This document shows positions 18,887 to 27,835 of a DNA stretch of 64,000 nt, one piece after another. Numbering within the stretch: the stretch's first letter is position 1; every line of letters begins with the position of its first letter. The translations under genes and the position numbers were made by a program. The notes beneath the pieces are model-generated. The model had not been told where the DNA came from. It worked only from the letters and a program-made list of their open reading frames with translations, and did not search any database. The DNA is from Thalassobaculaceae bacterium (GTDB lineage Bacteria; Pseudomonadota; Alphaproteobacteria; Thalassobaculales; Thalassobaculaceae). The DNA is taken from NCBI GenBank assembly GCA_965228875.1, contig OZ245843.1, positions 1,780,616 through 1,844,615 on the forward strand, read 5' to 3'.

Positions 18887-21800
18887 CCGGTTTCGACGAC
18901 AGCAACGCGGAGATGTGGGAACTCTTCGAGCAGGAGAGCGAGGACTATCTCGCCCAGATCGAGGCCAACCTGTCCGGATCCACGTCCGACCTGGAGGCGC
19001 CGGAGATCATGGGGGCGCTGTTCCGCGCCATCCACTCGCTCAAGGGCGTGTCGGCCTCGCTCGGGCTCACCGGCATGGAGACCGTCGCCCATGCGGCCGA
19101 GGACCTGCTGGACATGTTCCGCAACGGCGAGGCGCGTCCGAGCGAGGCTTCGCGCGACCTGCTGCTGCAGGCGGCCGACGCTCTCGTCGACCTGCGCGAG
19201 GCCTGCCTGGAAAGCCGGTCCGACATCGCGGGCGATGCCGGCCTGATCGCCGCCCTGCGGCAGGCGAAGGCACAGCTGAAGGGCGGCGGCGCGGTACAGG
19301 CCCCGTCCCCCGCTCCGGCGGCTCCCGCGCCTTACGCCGAACCGGAAGCGGCGGCGCCCCCTCCGCCCCCCGCGCCGGAACCGGAACCGCGACAGCCGCC
19401 GGCGCCCGAGCCGGAGCCCGCTGCCGATGAGTCGGCCGCCGCCGGACAGAGCCGGATGGCCATCCAGGTCTCTCAGAAACCGGCCAATCCGGACGAGCCC
19501 GAGTTCCAGCCGGGCACCGTCCAGCCGTTCGACGCCGTGGTCACGGCCGAACTCGGCCAACTCGCCGAGGCGCTGGAGAATCCGGCGATGGACACGCTGG
19601 ACAGCCAGGCGATCGTCTCCTCCATGCTGGCCATCCGGGAAGCGGCGAACGATGTCGGCTATCTCGGCATCGCCGACGTGCTCGGAGAGATTCTCGATGT
19701 TCTGGAAGCCGCCGATGGGACCGACCGCACGGCCCTGATCCGAGCGCTCTGCATCTTCATCCACCGCCTGCGGGTGCTCTCCGAACTGGCGGATTCCGGG
19801 CTGTCGATGGACGACGTCGACGACAGCATGGCACCGCACATCTCGCGCGAGGCCCGGGCCGTCGTCGACCGGCTGTCGGTGCGCGGCGGCGCGGCGGGCG
19901 ACTGGGAGCTTGTGGGCATCCTGGCGCGGGCCCTGGGCGTGTTCCGGATCTCCGCCCTGGCGCGCCTGGCAAGCGAACTGACGCTGATCCCCGACTGGCA
20001 GACGCGGCCGCGGGCCCTGGAGGTCGTGGACGAGATCCGCCGGGAAAGCGAGGTCATCGGAATCGAGGGGCTGACCGTATCGTCGCTCGACATGCCGAGC
20101 GAGACCTACGATCGCCTGCGCGACGAGCTGGCGCTTCTTCTCACCGGCGCCGGCGCGGCGGTGGCCGAACTGCGCAAGGTCCTGGGCGACGATCTTTTCA
20201 ACAGCATGTCCCCCGCCGCCCGCGACGAGGCGGTGGCGTTCCTCGAGGAGCCTGGGGCGAGGCTGGTGCAGGTGCAGGTCTACGTGCCCGACGGCGCGCC
20301 GGGCAGCGGCGAGATCCTGGGCCGCCTCTACCAGCAGCAGGTGATCTCAAACCGGGTCCTGGTCGACATCGACCCCGACCTCTACCAGTTCCTGATCGGC
20401 ATCATCGGCGACGATGGGCCGGTCGAGGCCGCGGTGCGGGCGCTCGACGCTGACGGCGAGGCGCTGCGGGCATGGACCCTGCTGGTGGTTGGCGACACCC
20501 CGGCGGCCGACGCCGGCGCACCCGAGTCCCCCGCTCCAGCGGAGCCATCGCAGATCGCTCCTTCGGCCGCTCCCTCGGCAGCCGAAGACGACGGCCACGT
20601 CCTGTTCGTCGACGACAGCTCCTGGGACTCCGCGCTGCATTCCGATTGGTCGCCGGAGCAGCAGGAAGGCTTCTCGCCGCCCTTCGGCAACGCCCCTGCC
20701 CCGTCGCGGCAACCGCCCCCCACCGCTGCGCCGCCACGTCAGGCAGCGCAACCATCCACGCCCAGACCGGCCGCGGCGAAGCCGGCTGCGGCCCCGGGCT
20801 CGGATTCGCCCGCGGCCCCTCCCCGTGTACCGCCGCAGCAATCCAACCCGCAGGCGGCTACCCAGGCGGCTCCCCGGACCGCGCCGCAGACGGTCACTCC
20901 GCCCGCGGCAGAGAGCGGCGTTCCCGCCGAACGCGGCGATACCGGGCCGGCGCGCGGCTCGGGTGGTGCGGGCGGAAGTGTCGGCGGCAGCTCCCTGCGG
21001 GTCTCCTCGACCCTGATCGACAGCTACCTCGATACGGTGGCCGAACTCCGCCTGAGCCTGTCGCGGCTCGACCAGGGCGCCTCGGAAGCCGGGTTCGCCG
21101 CCACCGCGGCCGAACTCCGTTCCCTCGCCGCCCAGAGCGGCGCACGCAAGGCCGAGCGCCTCCGCGACGCGGCGGCCAGGATCGACGACGCCGGCAAAGT
21201 GTTCGCCAACCAGATCGCCCGCGCCGAAGCGACGCTGCGGATGCTGCACTCGGTCACTCTCGACCTGCGGGTCGTGCCCATCAGCATCGTGTTCGGCCGC
21301 ATGCCCCGCCTGGTCCGCGACCTTGCGCGCTCGCTCGGCAAGCAGGTCACGCTGGAGATCGACGACGGCGATATCCAGATCGACAAGTCCATGGTCGACG
21401 CGCTGATGGAGCCGATGGTCCACATGATCCGCAACGCCATGGATCACGGGATCGAGCCGCCGGATCAGCGGGTCGAGGCCGGCAAGCCGGAAAAGGCAAC
21501 GCTGTCCCTACGCGCCACCCAGCACGGCAACGTCGCGCAGATCATGATCGCCGAGGACGGGCGCGGGCTGAACTCGGCGCGCATCCGCGCGAAGGCGCTG
21601 GAGCGCGGGCTCATCACCGAGCAGGACGCCGCCCGCATGACCGAGCGGGAGATCCACCGTCAGATCTTCGCACCAGGGTTCTCCACCGCGTCGGCGGTCA
21701 CCGAGACGTCGGGGCGCGGCGTTGGAATGGACGTGGTTCTGACCACCCTGCGCCGGCTGGGCGGGGCCATCGACATCGACAGCGAGGAAGGCGAAGGCAC

Positions 21801-22248
21801 GCGCTTCTACCTCAGCTTCCCGGTCTCGGCGGCGCTCCAGCGGATCATCGTGGTCAGCGACGGAGAGCGCGATCTGGGCCTGCCCGAGCGCGCGATCATC
21901 GAAGTGATCGAGGTCGACCGCAAACAGCTCCAGACCGTGGGCGAGCGTGCCGGTATCCAGCACCGCGACGGGTTCCTCACCGTGCGCGCCATAGAGACCA
22001 TGCTCGGCTGGGAAACACCTCCCCCGGCCGTCGACATGAAGGCGTTCCCGGTGGTCATCATCGGCACGCCGCAACGCCGCATCGGCGTCGCCGTTCATAG
22101 GGTCAAGCGCCGTCAGGAAGTCTTCATGAAGGAACTGCACCCGGCGCTCAACTCGGTCGACGTCCTGGCCGGCGCGACGGTGATGGGCGAAGGGCAGCCG
22201 CTTCTGGTCCTCGATCCGGAGACCCTGATCGCCATCGCCGGCGGGTAA
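18883..22248 (+). CDS. cheA: Chemotaxis histidine kinase CheA (long form)
   Basis: HPt LFRAIHSLKG; PRLVRDLA, HMIRNAMDHGIE, EDGRGL, IFAPGFSTA, SGRGVGMDVV; C-terminal CheW-like domain; Pro/Ala-rich linkers. Confidence 0.95.
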   Translation: MTGFDDSNAEMWELFEQESEDYLAQIEANLSGSTSDLEAPEIMGALFRAIHSLKGVSASLGLTGMETVAHAAEDLLDMFRNGEARPSEASRDLLLQAADALVDLREACLESRSDIAGDAGLIAALRQAKAQLKGGGAVQAPSPAPAAPAPYAEPEAAAPPPPPAPEPEPRQPPAPEPEPAADESAAAGQSRMAIQVSQKPANPDEPEFQPGTVQPFDAVVTAELGQLAEALENPAMDTLDSQAIVSSMLAIREAANDVGYLGIADVLGEILDVLEAADGTDRTALIRALCIFIHRLRVLSELADSGLSMDDVDDSMAPHISREARAVVDRLSVRGGAAGDWELVGILARALGVFRISALARLASELTLIPDWQTRPRALEVVDEIRRESEVIGIEGLTVSSLDMPSETYDRLRDELALLLTGAGAAVAELRKVLGDDLFNSMSPAARDEAVAFLEEPGARLVQVQVYVPDGAPGSGEILGRLYQQQVISNRVLVDIDPDLYQFLIGIIGDDGPVEAAVRALDADGEALRAWTLLVVGDTPAADAGAPESPAPAEPSQIAPSAAPSAAEDDGHVLFVDDSSWDSALHSDWSPEQQEGFSPPFGNAPAPSRQPPPTAAPPRQAAQPSTPRPAAAKPAAAPGSDSPAAPPRVPPQQSNPQAATQAAPRTAPQTVTPPAAESGVPAERGDTGPARGSGGAGGSVGGSSLRVSSTLIDSYLDTVAELRLSLSRLDQGASEAGFAATAAELRSLAAQSGARKAERLRDAAARIDDAGKVFANQIARAEATLRMLHSVTLDLRVVPISIVFGRMPRLVRDLARSLGKQVTLEIDDGDIQIDKSMVDALMEPMVHMIRNAMDHGIEPPDQRVEAGKPEKATLSLRATQHGNVAQIMIAEDGRGLNSARIRAKALERGLITEQDAARMTEREIHRQIFAPGFSTASAVTETSGRGVGMDVVLTTLRRLGGAIDIDSEEGEGTRFYLSFPVSAALQRIIVVSDGERDLGLPERAIIEVIEVDRKQLQTVGERAGIQHRDGFLTVRAIETMLGWETPPPAVDMKAFPVVIIGTPQRRIGVAVHRVKRRQEVFMKELHPALNSVDVLAGATVMGEGQPLLVLDPETLIAIAGG

Positions 22249-22269
22249 GGACACCGCATACGGCGGCCC

Positions 22270-23337
22270 CTACCGCAGCGCCATACCCTGTCCGGCCAGC
22301 CAGCTCGGGACCTTTTCCAGCGCGGTCACCGTGTCCGCGCCGCCGTTTTCGAACGCCGCCTTGGGCATGCCGTAGACGACGGACGTCGCCTCGTCCTGGG
22401 CCAGGGTGCGGGCACCGGCATTGCGCATCGCCAGCAGCCCGTCGGCGCCGTCGCGCCCCATCCCGGTCAGCACCACGCCGATCGCCCGCTTGCCCAACTG
22501 CTGGGCGGCGGACTCCATCAGCACGTCGACCGCCGGGCAATGGCCGCCGACCCGGGCCGCTTCGCCCGAGCGGGTCCAGATTCCCTTGGCGTCCTTGTGC
22601 AGCCGGAGCTGACGTCCCCCCGGCGCGACCACCGCGAGGCCGAGGCGCAGCGGCAGGTCGTCCTGGGCCAGCGACACGTCCACCGGCGAGGAGCGGTCGA
22701 GCCGGGCGGCGAAATCGCCGACATAGGCTTCCGGCATGTGCTGCACGATGACGATGGGCGGGCTGGTGCGCGGCGTCTTCGACAGGATCGCCATGAGGGC
22801 GTCGGTGCCGCCGGTAGACGCACCGATGCAGATCACCAGGCCGAGGTAGGGCGATCCCGAGGGAGTGGGCCGCGGCGCGACCGCCACCGGACGCTGCTCA
22901 CCGGCGGCGGCGATGTGCCGGGCAGCCGTCTCCATCGGCGTCTGCGCCGCCTCCGCGCGGCGCAGGGCGGCGGCGACCCTCGGCGCGGCCGTCGTCATCT
23001 GGGCGCTGATGTCCAGATCGGGCACCTCGACGGAGAACGCGCCGGCGCCTCCGAGCGCGACCAGGGCGGACGCGCCGCCGGCCCCCGCGCCGATGGCGAT
23101 GAAGACCACCGGACGCCCCGCACCGACAGCGGCCGCCACGGCCGGCTTCAGCGTGCGGGCGTCGGCGTCGCGGCCGGCGACCACCACCGCGTCGGCTCCC
23201 GACAGCCGGTCCGGTGTCGCCCGCGTCGGCGTGATCGCCGTCACTCCGGCGTGGGTCTTCAGGCCGTCGAGCGACTCTGACACCGCCTTGCGCAGGAGCG
23301 GATCGGCGGCGACGACCAGAATACGCAGGTCGCTCAC
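22270..23337 (-). CDS. cheB: CheB methylesterase with degenerate N-terminal receiver
   Basis: IGASTGG, IVQHMP, LTGMGRDG, AQDEATSVVYGMP intact; the N-domain lacks the phospho-Asp and KP. GTG start overlaps the cheR stop. Confidence 0.92.
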   Translation of the reverse strand: MSDLRILVVAADPLLRKAVSESLDGLKTHAGVTAITPTRATPDRLSGADAVVVAGRDADARTLKPAVAAAVGAGRPVVFIAIGAGAGGASALVALGGAGAFSVEVPDLDISAQMTTAAPRVAAALRRAEAAQTPMETAARHIAAAGEQRPVAVAPRPTPSGSPYLGLVICIGASTGGTDALMAILSKTPRTSPPIVIVQHMPEAYVGDFAARLDRSSPVDVSLAQDDLPLRLGLAVVAPGGRQLRLHKDAKGIWTRSGEAARVGGHCPAVDVLMESAAQQLGKRAIGVVLTGMGRDGADGLLAMRNAGARTLAQDEATSVVYGMPKAAFENGGADTVTALEKVPSWLAGQGMALR

Positions 23338-24146
23338 CGCTCGGCCCTCCTGCGGAAGATCGCCGGGCGCTGCTGATCGAGATAACGCCGGGCGAACTCG
23401 GCATCGTCGGTATGGCCGATGAACAGATAGCCGCCGGGCGCCAGAAGGTGTGCGAGGGACTGGATCAGGCGCTCGCGCGTGGGCGCGTCGAAGTAGATCA
23501 TCACATTGCGGCAGAAGATCACGTGAAACCCTCCGCGCAGCGCGCTGAGCGACCCGATCAGATTCAACCAACGGAACATCACGTCGTCGCGGACCGTCTT
23601 GACCACACGATAGCTGTCCTCGCCCGCCGGTTCCAGGAACTGGTCCCGCCACAGCTGCGGCATGTGCCGGAAACTCTCGGATCGGTACACACCCTCGGCG
23701 CCCTTCCGAAGCGACCGCTTGGCGATATCCGTGGCCAGCACGCCGGCGTCGAGATCCTGGTAGTGGGACCCGAAGAAGGTGCGCAGAGCCATGGCGATGG
23801 AATAGGCCTCCTCCCCCGCTGCCGCAGCGGCGCTCCAGATCCGCACATCGCGCGAGCCCTGACGCCTCAGTCGCTCGTCGATCTCGGGCAGGGCGACGGA
23901 GGACAGGAACTCGAAATGGGCCGGCTCGCGGTAGAAATAGCTGTGATTGGTGGACAGTTGCTCGACGATGTCGATGAACAGATCGCCGTCGTCGGCCTCC
24001 GCCTCCGCAAGCAGGATCTCCAGGGATCCATGGGAGGAGCGGTCGATCAGCGATCGCAGCCGCGACTGCAGAAAGCTCTCCGCGTTGTCGGGCAGAACGA
24101 TGCCGAACCTTGCGTGGGCAAGACGGCGGAAAGTCTCAAGCGGCAC
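23334..24146 (-). CDS. cheR: CheR methyltransferase
   Basis: STNHSYFYRE, IWSAAAAAGEEAYS, ATDI, IFCRNVMIYFD, LAPGGYLFIGH. Confidence 0.92.
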   Translation of the reverse strand: MPLETFRRLAHARFGIVLPDNAESFLQSRLRSLIDRSSHGSLEILLAEAEADDGDLFIDIVEQLSTNHSYFYREPAHFEFLSSVALPEIDERLRRQGSRDVRIWSAAAAAGEEAYSIAMALRTFFGSHYQDLDAGVLATDIAKRSLRKGAEGVYRSESFRHMPQLWRDQFLEPAGEDSYRVVKTVRDDVMFRWLNLIGSLSALRGGFHVIFCRNVMIYFDAPTRERLIQSLAHLLAPGGYLFIGHTDDAEFARRYLDQQRPAIFRRRAER

Positions 24147-24156
24147 TGGGCAGGCC

Positions 24157-25848
24157 TCAGTACTTCCCGAAATTGCCCGACGTGATGGCGTCGTCGAGAT
24201 CCGGGTCCGCCCCGCCCCCGTCCTCGGGCGCGGCCCGGCCCGGTCGCCTTTGTGCCGCGCCGTCCTCGGCCCGAATGTCCGAGTCCTCCAGCTTGAAGCG
24301 CGTCATGGACTTCTGCAGGTCGGCGCCCTGGCCGGCGATCGAGGCGGAGGTCGCCGCCATCTGCTGGGCCGCGGCGGCGTTCTGCTGGACGACGGTGTTG
24401 AGGCGATGGATCGCCACGTTGATCTCGTCGGCGCCGACGGACTGCTCGTCGCTGGCGGCGCTGATGCCCTGGACCAGGTCCTTCACCCGGGTGATCTCCG
24501 GCAGCAGGTCGGTCAGGAGGCGGTTGGTGTTCTCCGCCGCCTCGCGCCCGTCGGCGGAGGCGTCCTGGATCTCGCTGGCCGCCTGCTTGGAGATCTCCGC
24601 CAGCCGCGACACCTCGGAGGCGACGACCGCAAATCCTCGGCCATGCTCGCCGGCCCGCGCTGCCTCGACCGAGGCGTTGAGGGCGAGAAGCTCGATCTTG
24701 CGGGTGATCTCCTCGACCACCAGGATCTTGTCGGAAATATCCTTCATCGCCGCCGCCGTCTGGGTCATGGCGTCGGCGCAGCGCCCGGCCTCGGTCGCCA
24801 TGCGCTCGGAGACCTTCTCGGTCTCGTCGGCGTTCTTCGCGTTCTGGCGGATGCCGGCGGTCATCTGCTCCATCGCCGCCGAGGTTTCCTGGATGCTGGA
24901 GGCCTGATCGTTCACACCATCGGACACCTGCCGCGCGGTCTGGCGCAGTTCGGAACTCCCCGTGGTGATGCCGTCGGCCACCGACCGGATCGTGCCGAGG
25001 ATCTGAAGCAGGTTCTGCTGCATGTGCGCCATGGACCCGAGGACCCGCCCGACCTCGTCCTTCGGCCCGGACTGATCGACATCGACGGTCATGTCGCCGG
25101 CGGCGATGAGATCGACGGTGGACACCGCGCCGGCCAGGCGCCTGCGAATGCGCATCGCCAACGTGACGCCGATGAGCAGCGACAGGGCGCCGATCGCCAC
25201 TGCGGCGATGATCAGGTTCTGGATCACCTGATATTCGGCCGACTGGATCTCGCCGACCGAGTCCGCCGTCATCTCGTTCACGCGGTGAACCATGTCGTCG
25301 ATCGAGACCATCAGCTGATGCTGCGCCTTCTCGATCTCCTCCATCTTGCCGCCGAGCGCGGAGAGGCGCGGGATACGGGCACCGGCGGCCTTCACCAGAG
25401 CCCGGTACTGGGTGATCACCCTGCCCGCGATGTTGGCCACGACCTCGCGCTGCTGATGGATGGCGCGCAGCCGATCCTGAAGGTCCCTGTAGGCGTCGGA
25501 GCGGTCATCGCCCGCCTCGACGGCGGTGGCGACGATCCCCTCGATCACGCCGAGCTCGGCGTCGACCAGCGCCGAGAACTCGTTGTATCTCTCGATATAG
25601 GCTTCGCCGAGATCGGCGCGTCCCTGGCCCGAAACCGAGATCGCGACGTGCAGCGCCAGCTCCTGCTGAAGCTGCGCCTCCGCGACCTTGAAGGCGCTGG
25701 CGGCAATCGGTGTCTCGATGGAGGCGATGTGATCGACCTGCTTGGCCACCTTGGCCAGCGAGAAGACCGTATAGGCGGCAAACGCGAAGAGCGCCGCCGT
25801 CATGAACACCACAAGCGCGATCAGCTTGGTGGAAATATTGCTCAGCAT
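24157..25848 (-). CDS. Methyl-accepting chemotaxis protein (TM, periplasmic helical sensor, TM, HAMP, signalling domain)
   Basis: LLALNASVEAARAGEHGRGFAVVASEV hairpin tip; KDEVGRV HAMP; C-terminal NFGKY pentapeptide. Confidence 0.95.
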   Translation of the reverse strand: MLSNISTKLIALVVFMTAALFAFAAYTVFSLAKVAKQVDHIASIETPIAASAFKVAEAQLQQELALHVAISVSGQGRADLGEAYIERYNEFSALVDAELGVIEGIVATAVEAGDDRSDAYRDLQDRLRAIHQQREVVANIAGRVITQYRALVKAAGARIPRLSALGGKMEEIEKAQHQLMVSIDDMVHRVNEMTADSVGEIQSAEYQVIQNLIIAAVAIGALSLLIGVTLAMRIRRRLAGAVSTVDLIAAGDMTVDVDQSGPKDEVGRVLGSMAHMQQNLLQILGTIRSVADGITTGSSELRQTARQVSDGVNDQASSIQETSAAMEQMTAGIRQNAKNADETEKVSERMATEAGRCADAMTQTAAAMKDISDKILVVEEITRKIELLALNASVEAARAGEHGRGFAVVASEVSRLAEISKQAASEIQDASADGREAAENTNRLLTDLLPEITRVKDLVQGISAASDEQSVGADEINVAIHRLNTVVQQNAAAAQQMAATSASIAGQGADLQKSMTRFKLEDSDIRAEDGAAQRRPGRAAPEDGGGADPDLDDAITSGNFGKY

Positions 25849-26008
25849 CTAATCATCCCCCGGTCGACCGGTCAGGCCCGCTCTGCAGCCCGTATTCTGA
25901 CGGCTGCTCAGAAAAGCGCAATTAGCGCTTTGAATCCGAGGCTTGACCAGCCCTGATGGCCACCCCCGTTCCCATCGTGCGTCGTCAGCGACGGCAAACA
26001 CGCGCGAA

Positions 26009-26602
26009 TCAGCCCTCGGACGGGATCGCCGCCAACACCACGACGATCACCATCGACAGCGCCATCAGCTTGTTGATGGCAGACTGCACGCCCGGCGACA
26101 GGTCGAGGCGCTTCATGAACACCCCCGCCGCCAGCCAGCTCAGGTGCACCGGCACCCAGATCACGTTGATGATGATGAACTTGATGATGATCTCGGTCAG
26201 CGGATCGTCCGGCATGAAATGGAAACCGGAGAACAGCGTGGTGTTCACCGCGTAGGATTTCGGATTGATGAGCTGCAGGCCGATTCCGCCGACGATGCCC
26301 GGCGCGCTGCGGCGGTGAATGAAGGCGATGCGCGATCCGGCCCAGCCGATGCGGAAGGCCAGATACAGCAGGTAGGCGAGCGAGGCGTACAGCAGCACCG
26401 GACCGATCACCGGGTCGGCAAGCACGATCGCGGCGACGCCCGTGACGACGAGAAGCGCCGCCAGGTTGGTTCCGACGAACAGGCCGACAAGGAAGCGGAT
26501 TCCCGCCCCGGCGCCGAACCCGGCTCCGATCCCTGCTGTGGTCAGCACGCCGATCCCCGGCGTGATGATCAGAAAGAATAGGGCGGCGGCGAAGGTCAGC
26601 AT
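26009..26602 (-). CDS. LysE/RhtB family exporter
   Basis: IITPGIG, YLLYLAFRI, LQLINPK; hydrophobic; start at MLTFAA. Confidence 0.88.
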   Translation of the reverse strand: MLTFAAALFFLIITPGIGVLTTAGIGAGFGAGAGIRFLVGLFVGTNLAALLVVTGVAAIVLADPVIGPVLLYASLAYLLYLAFRIGWAGSRIAFIHRRSAPGIVGGIGLQLINPKSYAVNTTLFSGFHFMPDDPLTEIIIKFIIINVIWVPVHLSWLAAGVFMKRLDLSPGVQSAINKLMALSMVIVVVLAAIPSEG

Positions 26603-26895
26603 GGACGGACCGGGATGCGCGGCCGGATCGCCGCAGAGGGAGGATCGCCGCAGGGGAAAGGACGCCACCAAGCCGGACTGGGGTCCCCGGGTCAACCCCC
26701 GACCTCCAGCAATATCCACCCGCGTCGCCGCACGGGTCCCGGTGGACGGGCACGGGAAGGATGCGCCTCTCCTCAAAGGCTCCAATACGGTCATCGTGTC
26801 GACGCGAAGCCGGGTTGTGATGGATATCGGGCCGATGTTCGCCCGATACTGCGTGGGGCGGACGCCAGATCCGCACCGGTAACGAGGGGAAGGCG

Positions 26896-27744
26896 ATGAC
26901 GGTCCGGGCGGTCGACTGCCACATGCACATTTTCGGGGAGCAGGCGCGCTACCCCTTCGCCGAGCCGCGCAGCTACACCGTACCGCCGGCGGGTGTGGAC
27001 GACTACTGGCGGACGGTTGCCGGAACCGACATCTGCCGTGTCGTCGTGGTGCAGCCGAGCGCCTATGCCACCGACAACCGCTGTACGCTGGACGCACTCG
27101 ACGCGTTCGGCGACGCCGCCCGCGGCGTGGCGGTGATCGATCCCGACCGGACCGCCGACGGCGATCTCGCCGCCCTGGACGACCGTCGGGTCCGAGGCGT
27201 GCGGGTCAATCTGCGCTCGGTCCGCGCCGCCGCCGCGCCGGTCGAGGCGGTCCTGCCCAGGCTCGACCGCCTGCTGGCCGGCAGCGGCTGGCACATCCAG
27301 GTGTTCTGCGATCCCGAAACCCTGAGCGCGGTCGCGCCGATCCAGGCCAACCTGAAGGTGCCGCTGGTGCTCGATCACTTCGGCTCGATCGATCCCCTGG
27401 GTCCGGCACGGCATGTGGAGGATCTGCGCCGGCTGGTCGACGGCGGCGCGTGGGTCAAGCTGTCCGGCTCGTACCGGATCTCGACCGGCCCGGACGGCAA
27501 CGGGGTGGCCGATCTCGCCCGCACGGTCCACGCCATGGCTCCCGACCGGATGGTCTGGGCCAGCGACTGGCCGCACACGCCGAAACACGCCGGCGCTACG
27601 GCCCGCAGCGACGCGGTCGTGCCGTACCAGAGGCTCGACACCGCCGGCCTGTACCGCGCCGTCGCCGACTGGTTCCCCGACCCGATCGAACGCGCCGCGA
27701 TCCTGCAGCACAACCCGTGCCGGCTCTACGGCTGGGACGACTGA
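26896..27744 (+). CDS. Amidohydrolase-2 family protein (LigI-like lactonase)
   Basis: DCHMHIF, VVVQPSAY, RGVRVN, LDHFG, VKLSG, WASDWPH. Confidence 0.9.
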   Translation: MTVRAVDCHMHIFGEQARYPFAEPRSYTVPPAGVDDYWRTVAGTDICRVVVVQPSAYATDNRCTLDALDAFGDAARGVAVIDPDRTADGDLAALDDRRVRGVRVNLRSVRAAAAPVEAVLPRLDRLLAGSGWHIQVFCDPETLSAVAPIQANLKVPLVLDHFGSIDPLGPARHVEDLRRLVDGGAWVKLSGSYRISTGPDGNGVADLARTVHAMAPDRMVWASDWPHTPKHAGATARSDAVVPYQRLDTAGLYRAVADWFPDPIERAAILQHNPCRLYGWDD

Positions 27745-27835
27745 CGGGCCAGCGCTCGGCCACACCGTCGCATTGCAGTGCAACATGCCATAGGCCATAC
27801 CTGACGGATCGCGACTTTCTGCAGTGCGGCGTGCC

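Noticed and set aside
19300..20990. Pro/Ala-rich repeats in cheA as an insertion or frameshift
   Set aside because: The frame is continuous and such linkers are normal in CheA.
27772..27792. Sigma54-like TGGCA...TGC on the minus strand
   Set aside because: GG-to-GC spacing is off by one and it points away from the downstream gene.
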